DNA of 58,988 nt, filler included, from Porpidia crustulata (Eukaryota): NCBI GenBank assembly GCA_964255105.1. It is 3 parts of 3 records of this genome, joined end to end, with 100 filler letters (N's around TTAATTAATTAA, not from the genome) between each part and the next. Parts side by side here need not be neighbours in the genome. Positions count along the whole stretch, not along the records: positions 19,704 to 39,302 come from CAXUWE010000137.1; 2 more parts are not named here. One strand, given 5' to 3'. The first letter of the stretch is position 1; every line of letters begins with the position of its first letter. The notes beneath the pieces are model-generated. The model did no database searches, had not been told where the DNA came from, and was given only the letters and a program-made list of their open reading frames with translations. The translations under genes were made by a program, and so were the position numbers. Shown here piece by piece: positions 22,271 through 34,175 of the stretch.

Positions 22271-25139
22271 TCACCAAATCCTCTTCGCCACCATACTATA
22301 CCTATTCACCCCACCGTAACCTTCCCCCTTACCCTCCTTTTCCCTCACCGCCGCCTCCCGCTGCCTCAGCCTCCTCGCGCCGTCCGGATCATCCTTGTAG
22401 ATCCAGCGCCGTTTATCCTCATCCACCTCGACGACGCCCCAGCCGCCGACGCGCCTGCCCTCGGCGTGGGCCGACTCGGCCTCGCGCTCCTTCATGCCCT
22501 TGTAGCGGCGGCGGGCGAAGGAGAGCAGGCACATGCCGAGGACGAGCTTGAGGGCGAGCAGGACGAGGTAGAGGAGGAGGAAGAAGACGAGCATGGTGGC
22601 AAAGGCGATGAGGTCGTCGGTACTCCAGCCGCTGGTGTCCGAGGCCAGGGTGGGGCCGCCGGCGCCGAAGGTGGAGCGGCCGATGGCGCGGCGGAACATG
22701 TAGTCGAGGTGCTGCAGGGCGGCGGTGGTGGCGGGCGAAGTGGTGGCGGAGTCGACGGAGAGGGAAGTTGCGGTTGAGGGAAGGTGGGGCGGCATGTGGG
22801 TGGCGAGGAACATGTGGTAGGTCTGGACTGAGGCGCGGATGAAGAGGCAAGAGAGGGGGATGACGGGGAGACCAAGGCGGCGGGTGAGGTTCTGGTCGGC
22901 GAAGGCGTTTGAGTAGTAGTCTTTGGCCAGGACGTCGAGGAATCTTCCGTAGATGGCAGGTTTGACGTTGTTGAACTTGGTGATGTATGCGTGTTTGATC
23001 CAGTCCACTAGCATCTCGCTGCCGAGGACAAGCACAAATGGTCCCATGACCTGTCCGGTCCAGTCTGGAAGCATCGTGAAGCTCTTCGGTAAGATACCTG
23101 GTCCTCGTAAGGGCCCGGAGGAAGCCGATTGAGCACTGGCACCGCTGTCAGAAAAGCCGAGACTAAGACCTCCGGTTTCAATGATGTTACGTGAGGCGAT
23201 AATCGTGAGCATCAACCAGAGCTGAAAGCGCTCAACGACGTCGGCGCACGTTAGCTGGAAGAGATTCTCCTTCTCGAATTTCTTGAAAACCGTAGACTTG
23301 ATCTCAACGAACTGGTTGGACATCAAAAGAGTGAGGAGCGCGTTCGAATACGAATTTACAGCAACGTTCAAAGTGATGACTTGATAGAATAGCGCGGTAG
23401 CGTGGACCAGATTATACAAAAGCGCAAGCATGAATAGCCAAAATGGCCTTAGAATTTTACTGCGGCCGTCTGGCTTCCGTTCTAGGGTTTCCTTCGAGAA
23501 GAGGCATTCAAGAACGTCCTGGCCAAGAGCTGAGAATAATCGATCACAAACCTTAGATTACTTAGCTTGGCTTCATGGTGAACAGGATGCTTCAAATACT
23601 AACCTCGAGAACATTATAGATGACATATAGCTTGATCGCAGCCTGTCCGCGTATGCTGTGGTACATCCTACTAGCATCGAAGTGCATCAAGATGGTGCAA
23701 CTAATAATGATCAATAGCCCTTTCAAGATATCTGCCTTATGGTCCGGTAGTAATGCCGATGGTATAGATTTGGATCGCCTATGTTTGTGGAGCGTGCTAC
23801 GCTTGTGACTTGATTCTGGAATGGCATGGCTGGTACTCAGATTCTCGTTGTCATTGCCATTAGGAAACGTGAATTTGGGAGCTGCAGAAAGGTCTTCGGT
23901 AACTAGCGGGCTTCTCGAAGTCTTCTCTTCAGGAGACAAAAGGATTTCTGAAGTAGATACACTATCTTTCCGTCGCCATCTCTGCCACATTCTACCGGTA
24001 CCACCGTAGATGAAAATCCCAACGAATCCAATTTCCGTCGTGAGATTCCGACCCCAAGATTGCGCAAGGATAGAAAGAGCCTTCAAGAACCGCAGGGGCA
24101 AGATCGTGAAAGAAAATAGCCAGGAGTCTAGACAAGCAAGTGCACCAAACCATAAAACCTGTTCTAGCTGGGGTGGCAGAAGAAGAAAGTTCTGTAGACG
24201 CTCAATCTTAACACGCGAGGATTCGTAAGGAAAATCACTCGTAGTGGAACGATGTATATAAAGTGGCGATGGTCTATTTGATGATAATTCTAGTTGGAGA
24301 TACGTAGGTAAAGAAAGCGGTGGCAGAGGTATTATCTGAGGCATGGGTGACGGCATGGATCCGTCGAGCGCAGAGGCCTTGTCTTCAAGTCTAAGGTTTC
24401 TGAGCTGAAGGGGGGTAGGTACTGCGCGAGATTGCTTTGAGCCTGGCTGAGTGGACCCATATTTCGAAGGAGATTGACTTCTTCGCATTGGTGGGGTTGA
24501 TACGGTGCGAGAAACTGCACGTGGTCTAGAGAAACCATCCACCTCTTTCTTCGGATGAAAAATTCCGTTAGACTGGAAGGCTTCTTCATCTGTAGGTGTA
24601 ATTGCTTTAGCGACACCATATTTGGATTTTTCTGGTACTTCGCCTACGCCATTTTCCCAATCCTCTCGGTCGGAATGCTCACAGGGCAAGGAGCCAACGG
24701 CGAATCTTGATGCCCTCTCTGAAGCTTGGGCGAACAGCTTGCTTGTTGGGTGTATCTGTAAGGGCAAGGATTGTGGTGAGGATGTGAGCTCATGTATCAT
24801 GGCAGGCGATAGCTTCAATACCGTCTCTTTCACCTCGTCTTCTGACGATATCTGGGGGGCGCTGTGGCTGTGGTCCCGTAAATTCGGAATGCGGTTGACA
24901 GACCTCGTCTTACTGGCCTGTGGTAAAATGGATGGTGCGGACATCGTCGGACTGCTCGAGTCATCATTTGCAGAGTGCCAGCCATCTTCTCCGTCAGTGT
25001 TATCGTCTATCAAGTCTTCTGCTGTTGGGCTCCGAGGCTCCCGGTAAATGCTCTTCCCATACGAGATTGGGGAAAGCTCGTTCGAGGGATGCTGCTGTAA
25101 ATCGAAGCTTCTGCTCCGGCTTCGAGTACTTTTTGGCAT
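22271..25139 (-). CDS. EMP65: TAPT1/Emp65 (DUF747) ER membrane protein (2 exons)
   Basis: Intron 23552-23603 joins DASRMYHSIRGQAAIKLYVIYNVLE to VCDRLFSALGQD. Motifs LNVAVNSYSNALLTLLMSNQFVEIKSTVFKKF, DVVERFQ and EMLVDWIKHAYITKFN. Confidence 0.93.
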
Positions 25140-26864
25140 GGTCTATGCGAAAGGTAGCTTTCCACATCATTTTCCTGGCTGATGAGACCACGTTACACGC
25201 ATTGCCACGAGCAGATCCTGCGGTATCGGTCCCGAGGTTGTGTTCGTCATCCCTGAGTACATGAAGGTCTCGAGGCTCATACACAAAGATTCTAAGTCAG
25301 ACGAAGGAACAAAATGTATCTACAGTTTTCATGACCCTACTCACTAGCTACGAAGAATGATAGATAATCTCGGAGTCAAATAGATATTTTTAGCGCCTGT
25401 AATGCGAAATGAATCTAACGGTATTGATCGGTAATTTTCAAGACGATTTGACTGCCCGAGGGGCTGCCTACGGAGGAAGGGTAGATCTGGAAATTCCAGA
25501 GAATCCCCTGAAATTCAACATTTTAAATCATCGTGGGCCCAGATTGTGAAAGCAGTGAGATGCCTGAATGGGAAGGGTTCTTCTTCTCTTTGCGCGACCA
25601 GACACCCTCGGCCCTCCAGTAGGGGAAAGGCGGGGAGACTAAGGAAGCACCGATAGCATATTTCACTCCTGAGGCCAGAAGCCGTCACTGGGCGCATGGT
25701 GGATATGGTTATTTCTATTCTGAGTTTGGGACGATTATATGGCCAGGGCTACGGGATGCATAGAAATTTCCGCTTTTGCAAGACACGGTCAGCCTGCACC
25801 AGGCACTATTTCAATTATCTGGTCGCTGAACTAGGTCTCTAAAATCAACGTGAAACACGAACTGTACAGTGAGCTTGTGGGGCTTGGTATGTAACAGTGG
25901 TGACTACTTAGGAGCTCAACTGAGTACGCATATATGGCTTCAAGAACCTCATCCCTTCGCGGGATTCTGACCCTCGGTGGATGGAAGCGGCGGATGAAAG
26001 AGCATAGCGATCGGTGCGACAGAGACGAAGTCGTTATTAGGAGGGAATAACTAGCGGGATATACGGATTTACATAGTGACATGATATGTGAGGAGCGAGA
26101 GGAGGAAAAGTTGATATATACGATAAGCAATTAGATGGTCTCAAGGGCTGTGGGACGGGATAATGATAAGAAGACCATGGAAAAGTACATGACGGCTTCA
26201 AAAGGAGCAGCAAGAAGGATTGTGAAAGAAGCAAGGCCCTCGAAAACCTAAGGCCTTATGGGAAGCTCTATCCTGGCGTGCCTGGCTCTCTTTGCCGCAT
26301 TTATTAGATATGCCCAAAAGGCTGTAACGACCACGACAATCAGCTGTAATCACAACAATATCTGACTCGTCGCCTTCCCTAACATTAGACCACACCAAGT
26401 TTCCCCTTGTTTCCCTGAATCTAGCCTGCGTTAATCTATCAATCAAAGCTTTGTTAATGGTTTACGATCCCGGGCTCATCGTCCCAATACAGTCAAGCCT
26501 GGCAAAGACATACACTAATACACCAATATATCGCGATGATAGCATAATCCGATGCCTATCGCCAAATTGCCACAATTTCTACCCAGCGCGGTTCGTATAC
26601 ATGCACTATGTCAGGGAGTACCCGGTGAGTAGGGGTCGGGCACTATCTGGGAAGTAACGGCGGCATAGCCTCTCGAACGAACGACCATACCTTACGGTAT
26701 ACTTTGAACCCACTTTACCTATCCTTTCATCAGACACATATATACGCCCTTGAAATGAGGTTGTCGATTTCCACCACCGTCCCATGGTCCGCTTTAGAGG
26801 AAACCACCACGATAACCTTTTCATGATGTCGAAATTCCTGGGTGAAAAAGGTACAGACCAGATA

Positions 26865-28409
26865 TTATGCGAGGTGTGGCCAGAATTTCTGCCAGTTCAC
26901 CGTTGCATAAGCGGTCGCCGGCAGAGACCTTAGCTCGATGATGTCGGCGACGAAGATGTAGGTACGAGCATGACAATAGAAGACAGCTGTAACGTAAATA
27001 GGTAGAATGAATGTCAAAGGGATATAAAATTCAGGATCTTTCGTGGCTGAATTGTTTCTAACGTGATCCAGCACACGATTCAGTCTTTGCAACATTTGTC
27101 TGGCCCTTCTCGGTTTCTCTATTTGAAGAATCCGCCCAAAGAGTTTCGTCTTAACGCCTTCTGGGACGGGGTGTTTGTTCCAGAATGTTGTCAGCTCAAG
27201 GGCGATCAAGAGGGCTGTAACGGATCCCACCATCGTACCGCATGCTGCACGCCAAAGAGTTTGCTCTACCGAGGTGAGAAATTTGTGTTCCCAGCCAGCA
27301 AACAGGACTGCCAAATAGACATATGCCAGCAACCCAATTGTCCATTGTTTCCCTCTTGAAACCGCTTTTACTTGGGTATCTCCGATACGATCGATTGGCC
27401 TGACGTCTGAACCGAACGAAAGACGCATGTTGCGAAGTATATTCACGAAATTCGACCAACACTTAGACCACCACCATTCTTCGCGATTCACGAAGTCTAA
27501 CGGAGTGCGGTTCCACGGAGTGAATGTCTGATTTTCCGCTTGTAGGATGCTGGAAATGCTGATATCGCTATCAATGTTTACCGGCAGAAAGACATCAGCC
27601 GGCTTGCGCCACCAGAAGAAGGCTGTCATGGAACTGCAAAGGATGAAAGATACCGTCGTCAGTTCAAAGGTGGTAATTGCTAGGCTTTGAGCCCACCGGC
27701 CAATGACATTGACTACAAACCACAGAATTTGACAAAGCGTGATAGCTCGAAGGAGGCCGTCGGCTTTGTTCTTTTCTTCAATAACTCGCTCGTTAAGCGT
27801 TGGTAGATCGATGTATCCATTAGAGACTAAATAGTGGACCTGTTTGGCATCTAAGGGAAACGCCGGAAGATCTCTTGTACGGAGCCTGAAACCACCCATC
27901 TCTGCGAAGAATGCCTCTTTCATGGTCCATCTTCTTGTTGAGCGGCTCTCTGAGATCAAACCGGTGCAGGTAAATATGTCTTTAATCCTTTCCAATTTGG
28001 ACCGTTTGTGTAAGACTGAGCTGTCTCCTGGGGCAGCTTGGTTGAAGTCTTGTACGGACTGACGGGCCTGCAGCCATTGACCATATGCAAAAGAAAATGT
28101 TAATTCGGGGCACAATATGCCCAAGGCTGTCAGTGACAGCTTGCGCCACAGTACCTGGAACCTAGATTCCTTTGGTCCTGGAACGTTCAAGCATAGAATG
28201 GACCAAGAGCACAAAAACATGGTGATAATGCAGCTCCAAATAATGTCAAATGTTCCCCGTCCATCTGGCCCACTCGTCCATCCTAGTCTAGGAGGTGAAT
28301 ATTCAACGTGGTTCACGTTAGCGAGGATGGGGTTTGAATCCATAGCGATATTCATTTCGAATGAGTGGATACCACAAATAGAGAAAAGTACAATTACAAA
28401 CCGCAACAT
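26865..28409 (-). CDS. Uncharacterised fungal multi-pass membrane protein (GW..P..RGT..I.WSC family), intronless
   Basis: 514-aa ORF with GWTSGPDGRGTFDIIWSCIITMFLCSWSILCLNVP, WTMKEAFFAEMGGF, KNKADGL..AITLCQILWF, ITTFELTT, WWRKP and ELRSLPATAYATVNW, plus several TM segments. Confidence 0.85.
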   Translation of the reverse strand: MLRFVIVLFSICGIHSFEMNIAMDSNPILANVNHVEYSPPRLGWTSGPDGRGTFDIIWSCIITMFLCSWSILCLNVPGPKESRFQVLWRKLSLTALGILCPELTFSFAYGQWLQARQSVQDFNQAAPGDSSVLHKRSKLERIKDIFTCTGLISESRSTRRWTMKEAFFAEMGGFRLRTRDLPAFPLDAKQVHYLVSNGYIDLPTLNERVIEEKNKADGLLRAITLCQILWFVVNVIGRWAQSLAITTFELTTVSFILCSSMTAFFWWRKPADVFLPVNIDSDISISSILQAENQTFTPWNRTPLDFVNREEWWWSKCWSNFVNILRNMRLSFGSDVRPIDRIGDTQVKAVSRGKQWTIGLLAYVYLAVLFAGWEHKFLTSVEQTLWRAACGTMVGSVTALLIALELTTFWNKHPVPEGVKTKLFGRILQIEKPRRARQMLQRLNRVLDHVRNNSATKDPEFYIPLTFILPIYVTAVFYCHARTYIFVADIIELRSLPATAYATVNWQKFWPHLA

Positions 28410-28933
28410 TACAAAACAGACAGGAACGATGCATGATGAGAAGCCCGGATGGGCTGATAGGGAGTCTTATACTGGAGCTGAAGCCGTGCTCGTTTCAGCG
28501 GCGGCAACAGGGCAGGGAAGTAATTCAGCAGAGTCAACTCAGCAATGCTATAATAAGGAGGGCAATGCACGAGGGTTGCATTTTTGGGCGCTAAACAGGT
28601 CCTTTGGGTGTGTTGGTTGGCTATATCTCGGCCACCCGCAGGGGGCGAGGGGGTTCCGGATGTCATTGGAGCATAAGCGGCTCAGGGGTTACAGACTGCA
28701 TCAAGATTTCGAACTCAACCAAATCACGTAGATACAATCGTAAAACCAAGTTCTTAGGTCTACTTTCCAAAGTCTTGTAGGCGGATGTAGCGTCATGACG
28801 TCTACTGAATACACGCTCGTAGTTATGCCATGGCAATTGTGTTGAGGACTAGAGGGTCGCCATCTCGGTGCGAGATGAGAATATAGCGAAAACGATTATG
28901 AAAACAGTCAATTTTGAATCAAAATTGATGCCC

Positions 28934-29147
28934 CATTCAGTGCTTCATTTGATACTCATTTAGTGCTCCACTCAGTACTTCATTCAATGCCCATCCAGTG
29001 CTTCATCCAATGTTCCACCCAGTGCTCCATCCAGTGTTCCACTCAGTCCTTCATTCAATGTTTCACTCAGTGCGCTATCCAGGGTTCCACTCAGTCCTTC
29101 ATCCAATGTTCCACTCAGTGCTTCATTCAGTGCTTCATTCAATGTTA
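28934..29147. repeat. 12-bp minisatellite, about 18 degenerate copies, consensus CAYYCARTGYTY
   Basis: Units such as cattcagtgctt, catccaatgttc, cactcagtcctt and cacccagtgctc occur in direct tandem. Confidence 0.92.
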
Positions 29148-29550
29148 CAATCAATCAATATTTCAATCAATGCTTCGTTTCGTATTTCAACGTCTATTAA
29201 ATTAAATAGCAAAGAGCAAGAAGTTGAACACCTGAGCGCTTATGCTCCTCCAATGATTTATGACACCCCCTGGAAAGACGCGCTGGGAAAGTCTTCCGAA
29301 CTTGCCGTTTGAGTAATACTCTAGTAAAATTAAGAATTAGCAGGTCTGTTACACGCTAGCTTCCCTGGGACTAGGCGCCCTTAACGGAGGTTTTTTCCCG
29401 TAATTTTTGTTATGGCATAAATTCGCATACGATTAGAATCATGACACTGTCATCCAGGCAATATGTGAATATATACGAAGCCTAACCATAGGAAAGCCAA
29501 ACAAAAATCATATACCCGTTCAACGGCCCGAAAAGCGGACTCCTTCTACG

Positions 29551-30474
29551 ATGGACGAGCAGAAAGAGCCTCTTATCAATCACAATCCAACACTTCAAAG
29601 CTATTACACCAGCTTGGAGTCTAGGATCGGTTATCGACTTTTTCTGGGCGGCACAAGGCACTTTGGATACTATCAGCCCAACGCAAGATGGCCTTTCCCA
29701 ATTCCTGCGGCGCTTCGAAGGATGGAAGACCACCTGTTCAACTCTTTGAAGCTTCAACCGGGTACGAGGGTTCTCGATGCTGGGTGTGGTGTTGGCCACG
29801 TTGCTATGCACCTAGCTGGAAAAGGATTACAAGTCTACGGGATTGATGTCGTGAAGAATCACGTACGGTGGGCCCACCAATGTATCAAGGACCGAGGATT
29901 TGAGAAATCAGTCACAGTCCGCTTGATGGATTACCATCACCTTGAAGAATTACCCGACGAATCGTTCAACGGCGTCTACACCATGGAGACTCTAGTTCAC
30001 GCCACAGACCCTGAGAAAGCACTCGGAGAGTTTTTCCGCGTGCTCAAACCTGGTGGCTCGATCGCTCTGTATGAATATGATCACCCCAAGCGTGACGCTC
30101 TTCCGAAAGATGTGCCAAACGATCTGCTGAAGTCGCTGGAACAAGTCAACCGCAGAGCATCAATGCCAGCGAACGAAATTTTTGAATTTGGCGTCTTACA
30201 GTCCATGCTGGAAAGACGTGGTTTTCAAGACGTCGTGGTGGAGGATTTGTCAGAAAATATCAAGCCTATGATAATGCTCTTCTACGTTGTAGCATATATA
30301 CCTTTCCTCATCATCCGGTTTTTGGGACTTGAAGCTTGGTTTGTGAACACTGAGGCAGGTATTCAGGGCTATCAAGTCCTGAAATGGGGTCTTTGGAGAT
30401 ATGTTGCAGTGACGGCCAAGAAATCTTTAAAGATCTCGGGTGATAGTGGGCTTCGTGAGAGGAGGACTGGGTAA
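29551..30474 (+). CDS. Class I SAM-dependent methyltransferase (sterol-C24/tocopherol-MT-like), intronless
   Basis: GGTRHFGYY, motif I RVLDAGCGVG, YGIDV, FNGVYTMETLVH and EFFRVLKPGG. Confidence 0.92.
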   Translation: MDEQKEPLINHNPTLQSYYTSLESRIGYRLFLGGTRHFGYYQPNARWPFPIPAALRRMEDHLFNSLKLQPGTRVLDAGCGVGHVAMHLAGKGLQVYGIDVVKNHVRWAHQCIKDRGFEKSVTVRLMDYHHLEELPDESFNGVYTMETLVHATDPEKALGEFFRVLKPGGSIALYEYDHPKRDALPKDVPNDLLKSLEQVNRRASMPANEIFEFGVLQSMLERRGFQDVVVEDLSENIKPMIMLFYVVAYIPFLIIRFLGLEAWFVNTEAGIQGYQVLKWGLWRYVAVTAKKSLKISGDSGLRERRTG

Positions 30475-30478
30475 GATG

Positions 30479-30580
30479 CTGGAAAGATTTTACCGATACT
30501 TAATGGGAGAAAGTATATTTGTTGTAACGTACTGGAAAGATTTTACCAATGCTTAATGGGAGGAATTATATTTGTTACAA
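30479..30580 (+). repeat. Imperfect direct repeat (about 54-bp period x2) just after the methyltransferase stop
   Basis: CTGGAAAGATTTTACCGATACTTAATGGGAGAAAGTATATTTGTT versus CTGGAAAGATTTTACCAATGCTTAATGGGAGGAATTATATTTGTT. Confidence 0.85.
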
Positions 30581-31289
30581 GTGTCGTGCATCCATCCAAG
30601 CATATGAAGGTAGTATGTACTCAGCTACATCTGCATATTGTATATCAAGTATAATGCAAAGAAAGCTCACGGCTCTCCACCATCCTTCCGAGGCATTACA
30701 AGGAAATAACATCCCTACAGCTATGAATTATCGCCAATATATACTCCTTCAAAGGTCCGTCAGGACTCCCAGGAAGGAGGGGGGGACAAAGCTTGGCGAC
30801 GAAAAGGCTTACACCCTATTTAATCCATTTCTTGGTCAACGTTACACTGCCTCCATGCTGAGAGCCTCATTGTTGGCCGATATAGATGGCAAAGATCCCT
30901 GAAACAGTGAATAAAGCAAGAAACGGAGGTGTATACATACTGGGCGGGAAAGGTGCCATCCAAGAATCGTGACAATGGCGGTGGCAAGGCTGTAGGAAAC
31001 GGCGATCGATATCTATAAATACATGGTGTTCGATATCCCTGATGGCACACCGACCGCTAGTCAAAGGTAGGTAAGGTACCTATATCCATGCTTGTTATGC
31101 GATTGTCTTCATTGGGTCACAAGTAAAGTCTGACAAATATATACCTGCCCACGGCATTGATTTGTTGCCAATTTCCCAATCGGTATTTGCTACTCCATAC
31201 ATGGATAAGTTTCCGCTAAATCGCTTTTCAAATGCTGTAAAATATGTATCTTTCCAATGAATTCTTCACGACGCTTCGAAAACAACCCT

Positions 31290-32497
31290 TCACTTGAACA
31301 TCAACCTGAGTGGTGAAGGCTTCTTCTCCTTGACCTCCTTCTTTGACTTCCCGTCTGCTTTGGAGTCTTTAGAGCTACGGCTCTTGGATTTCGATGGGCT
31401 TTTGCGGTGAGATCTCCGGCCTTCCGCCTTGTGTAAGTCCACCTTCGATAGCGCGGCGGCTTGAGGCGTGATGAACTCTCCGTCAACGCTAGTTCCGACA
31501 CTTTGCTCCTCGACCTCTGCAATGCCGCGCCTCCAGCTATCGATCCTATTTATGTCTCCATCGAATTCGAGCATTTCATCCATGCCTGTATCCTCGGCAT
31601 GTTTGGCTTTGATTTTCTTGATTATCTTGTACCCTCCGAGAGCAACGACTGTGATGCCAACACCCACGCCAGCGGCAATCAGAAACTGCGGGCTTGCCAA
31701 TAAGGCGAAAACTGCAGGAGCACTGCCTTTCATAGCCATCAGAGCTCCGGGCGCCAATTTTGAGGCAAGATTGCTGATCTCGGCTAGGGTAAGTGCCACG
31801 GCAGCCATTGCGTCTGGGTTCTTTTGCAACGAGGCAATTATAGCGGTTGCAGAATACTGCAGACAATCTGCTTCTTCGAGTATCTTCTTGACTTTTCCAA
31901 CGAGACCCTTGAATTCTGCTTCTTCGTCGCGGCAAATAACAGGAAGAGGTGGGGGTATGTCACCGTACGCTAAATCCATGTCAATTTCTGCAGGACTTGT
32001 CACCGATCTCGCCGGCCCTGTGGGACGCATGAGATCACCGTCTTGAGCACTATGTCGACGTATCAATTCTTGAGGCTCCTGTGCCGTAGTATACGAGTCA
32101 CGGTCAAAGCGTCGTGGTGATGAGGGGTACGTGGGACTTGTTGGACTTCGGATAGGATTTCCGGAGCGCTGATGATCTTCGTGTTGTCTTCCACTAGACG
32201 GTTTAGATTTCCTATGTCGTCGAGATGAAGTTTGGGATCCATCATCATCGATTGTGTATCCTTTTAGCGCCTGACGGACCTTTTTCTCCTCGCTTTGAGT
32301 GTGTCGACCGGCAACAACCTCAGCTTTCCTCTCGCGATATGCAGATTTTGCTTCCTTGAAGACATTGACCAAGTGTTTGCTCTGCAAGAATTGTATTAGA
32401 AACTCAGCGGATTATTTTGGGACAAGGGAATACTTACAGTGCTCACTGCCTTTCCGGATTTATCGACAATCGCTATGGTTTGGATTAAGGCCGCCAT
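31290..32497 (-). CDS. Conserved-looking hypothetical protein with a hydrophobic/TM segment (2 exons)
   Basis: Exon 1 (32497-32438, MAALIQTIAIVDKSGKAVST), GTAAGT intron 32382-32437, exon 2 SKHLVNVFKEAKSAYRERKAE...IDMDLAYG...PAVFALLASPQFLIAAGVGVGITVVALGGYKIIKKI...basic tail. Confidence 0.8.
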
Positions 32498-34175
32498 GGT
32501 AGATTGAAGTACGATGTTTGCTCGTTTCCTTGAATCCAGTCAAGGGTAGGTTTTTTGGCACCTCTGGCGTATTAATGGTGTAAATTCTATTATTGTTCTC
32601 TAGAAGTAGGGAAGAAATATACAACGTCGTTCGTGCCTATAACCAGCAGAAGACAAAGAATTATCTGTAACAATGTGACAAAGAGACGACTCACAGCGAG
32701 GAGAGAGGGATTAATGGAGGAGTTTGTACTGCGTCAAACAAGACGTGAAACTAAGTGAGGTAAACGCCCGATTCTTCACTATCCATGAATGAGAGATCAC
32801 TGCAAATGCACTAGGTGCAGCGGTAGGTCTAGATACATCATTGAGCATGGACTCGGGAGACTGCGGCTTGGCCCAGCTTGTGATTTGTAGACTCTGGTGG
32901 AGGGTGACTTGGTTTTCTTTGTTGTCACACTCCGATTCGCATCAACGGTAGGGTACTATCTTGATTGGGCATTAAGCGTCGTGGCGTCGTACCTGCGCGC
33001 TTGCGGTGTACTCAGCCACAGTGGCACGCGTGTGGCTTTACTCCAGCCTCCTCTCACGGAGTACTCCGAACAGGTTCGCACATACCCGTACTAACTGATC
33101 AAAACTATGGTCAGCTGAGAGCTTGAGTATCTGGTACTTAGACGGGATTTATTCTGGACTGTTCTCGAGACTCCCCCAGACCCTCCCACAGTTTGTTTTG
33201 CCGACGAAATACAGTCCCAGAGCCTAACTTACTTGCTGCAAGATTGCTAGGTGCAGCACTGACGATACTACTGCAAGTTCGCGAACTACAGTCTTGTTTC
33301 TAAATTCCGATATTGCACCGAATCCAAATTTACTTACCAAGAAGACGACTAACGAGGATCAAAGCTTCCTCATCATATGACTCCTTTAATCGCTCGCAAA
33401 ATACTGTCATTTACCTACATATGTTCGGTGTTTGCCAGTCTCTCTTGATCAAAGTTTAGGCAAGTGCGATCTGGATCTTGAACCCCGAGAGCCCTTGTCA
33501 CATGTGAGTCCTACAATAGTCAATCAGCTACCCGAGACTTCCCAGTCTTACTATAAATTCCTCACCTTGACCTTCCCATCATCAAAGCCGGGGACGAATC
33601 AGCTGTGGTACAGTACACAAACATCTAGTTGTTTGATACTTCAGCTTGATGAGAGTTCTGTTGGCCGTGAACATTGCAGGGCTTGCTGTTACAGAACTGG
33701 GCCGTCCAACAATCATCAAAATACTTCGTGCCTTGTGTACCCATTTACTCATTTCTGATCCATGCTACGAGCCTGTACCTACATACTACAAAAGGTCTCC
33801 CAAAACTCTACAGCAGTTCTCTTTGATCATACTTATTGTACTGGGAGCCTGTATCCTTGCTGGTTTCACAGTGAGGCATATCGGATGCAAGGACAATTAA
33901 GAGGGTGGGACGTCGCTGCTTCCAAGCTGCTCTGATGCCTCATTCGGGACATGTGTCTGATGCAACGGCGTATGTGCGAAACCGTTTACTAGCGGTAGCG
34001 AGTCGAGGCTATCAAAATGTAATTTATATTAGTTTACAGCAGTAAGCCCTGACTGGCTTGGCGTGTCTAAGGAGGGAACGGGCTGACGGGCAGGTTCCCC
34101 GGCACGCCTGGTTACTAGAACCCCTAGTGTGTCTCCGCAACTGCCTTTTTGACTTTAGCTTTCATCTCTTTGGTC

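Noticed and set aside
21002..22875. Long alternative-frame and antisense ORFs over the P450 and TAPT1 3' ends
   Set aside because: By-products of GC-rich, skewed codon usage; low-complexity translations with no motifs.
28409..28666. Upstream ORF overlapping the multi-TM gene start via TAATG (stop-start coupling)
   Set aside because: The 85-aa ORF has no recognisable features, and such overlaps arise easily by chance.
28934..29147. CRISPR-like array
   Set aside because: Contiguous 12-bp degenerate units with no unique spacers, eukaryotic context and no cas genes.
20133..30474. Secondary-metabolite cluster (P450 + methyltransferase)
   Set aside because: No PKS, NRPS or terpene backbone gene, and the two are separated by housekeeping TAPT1/Emp65.
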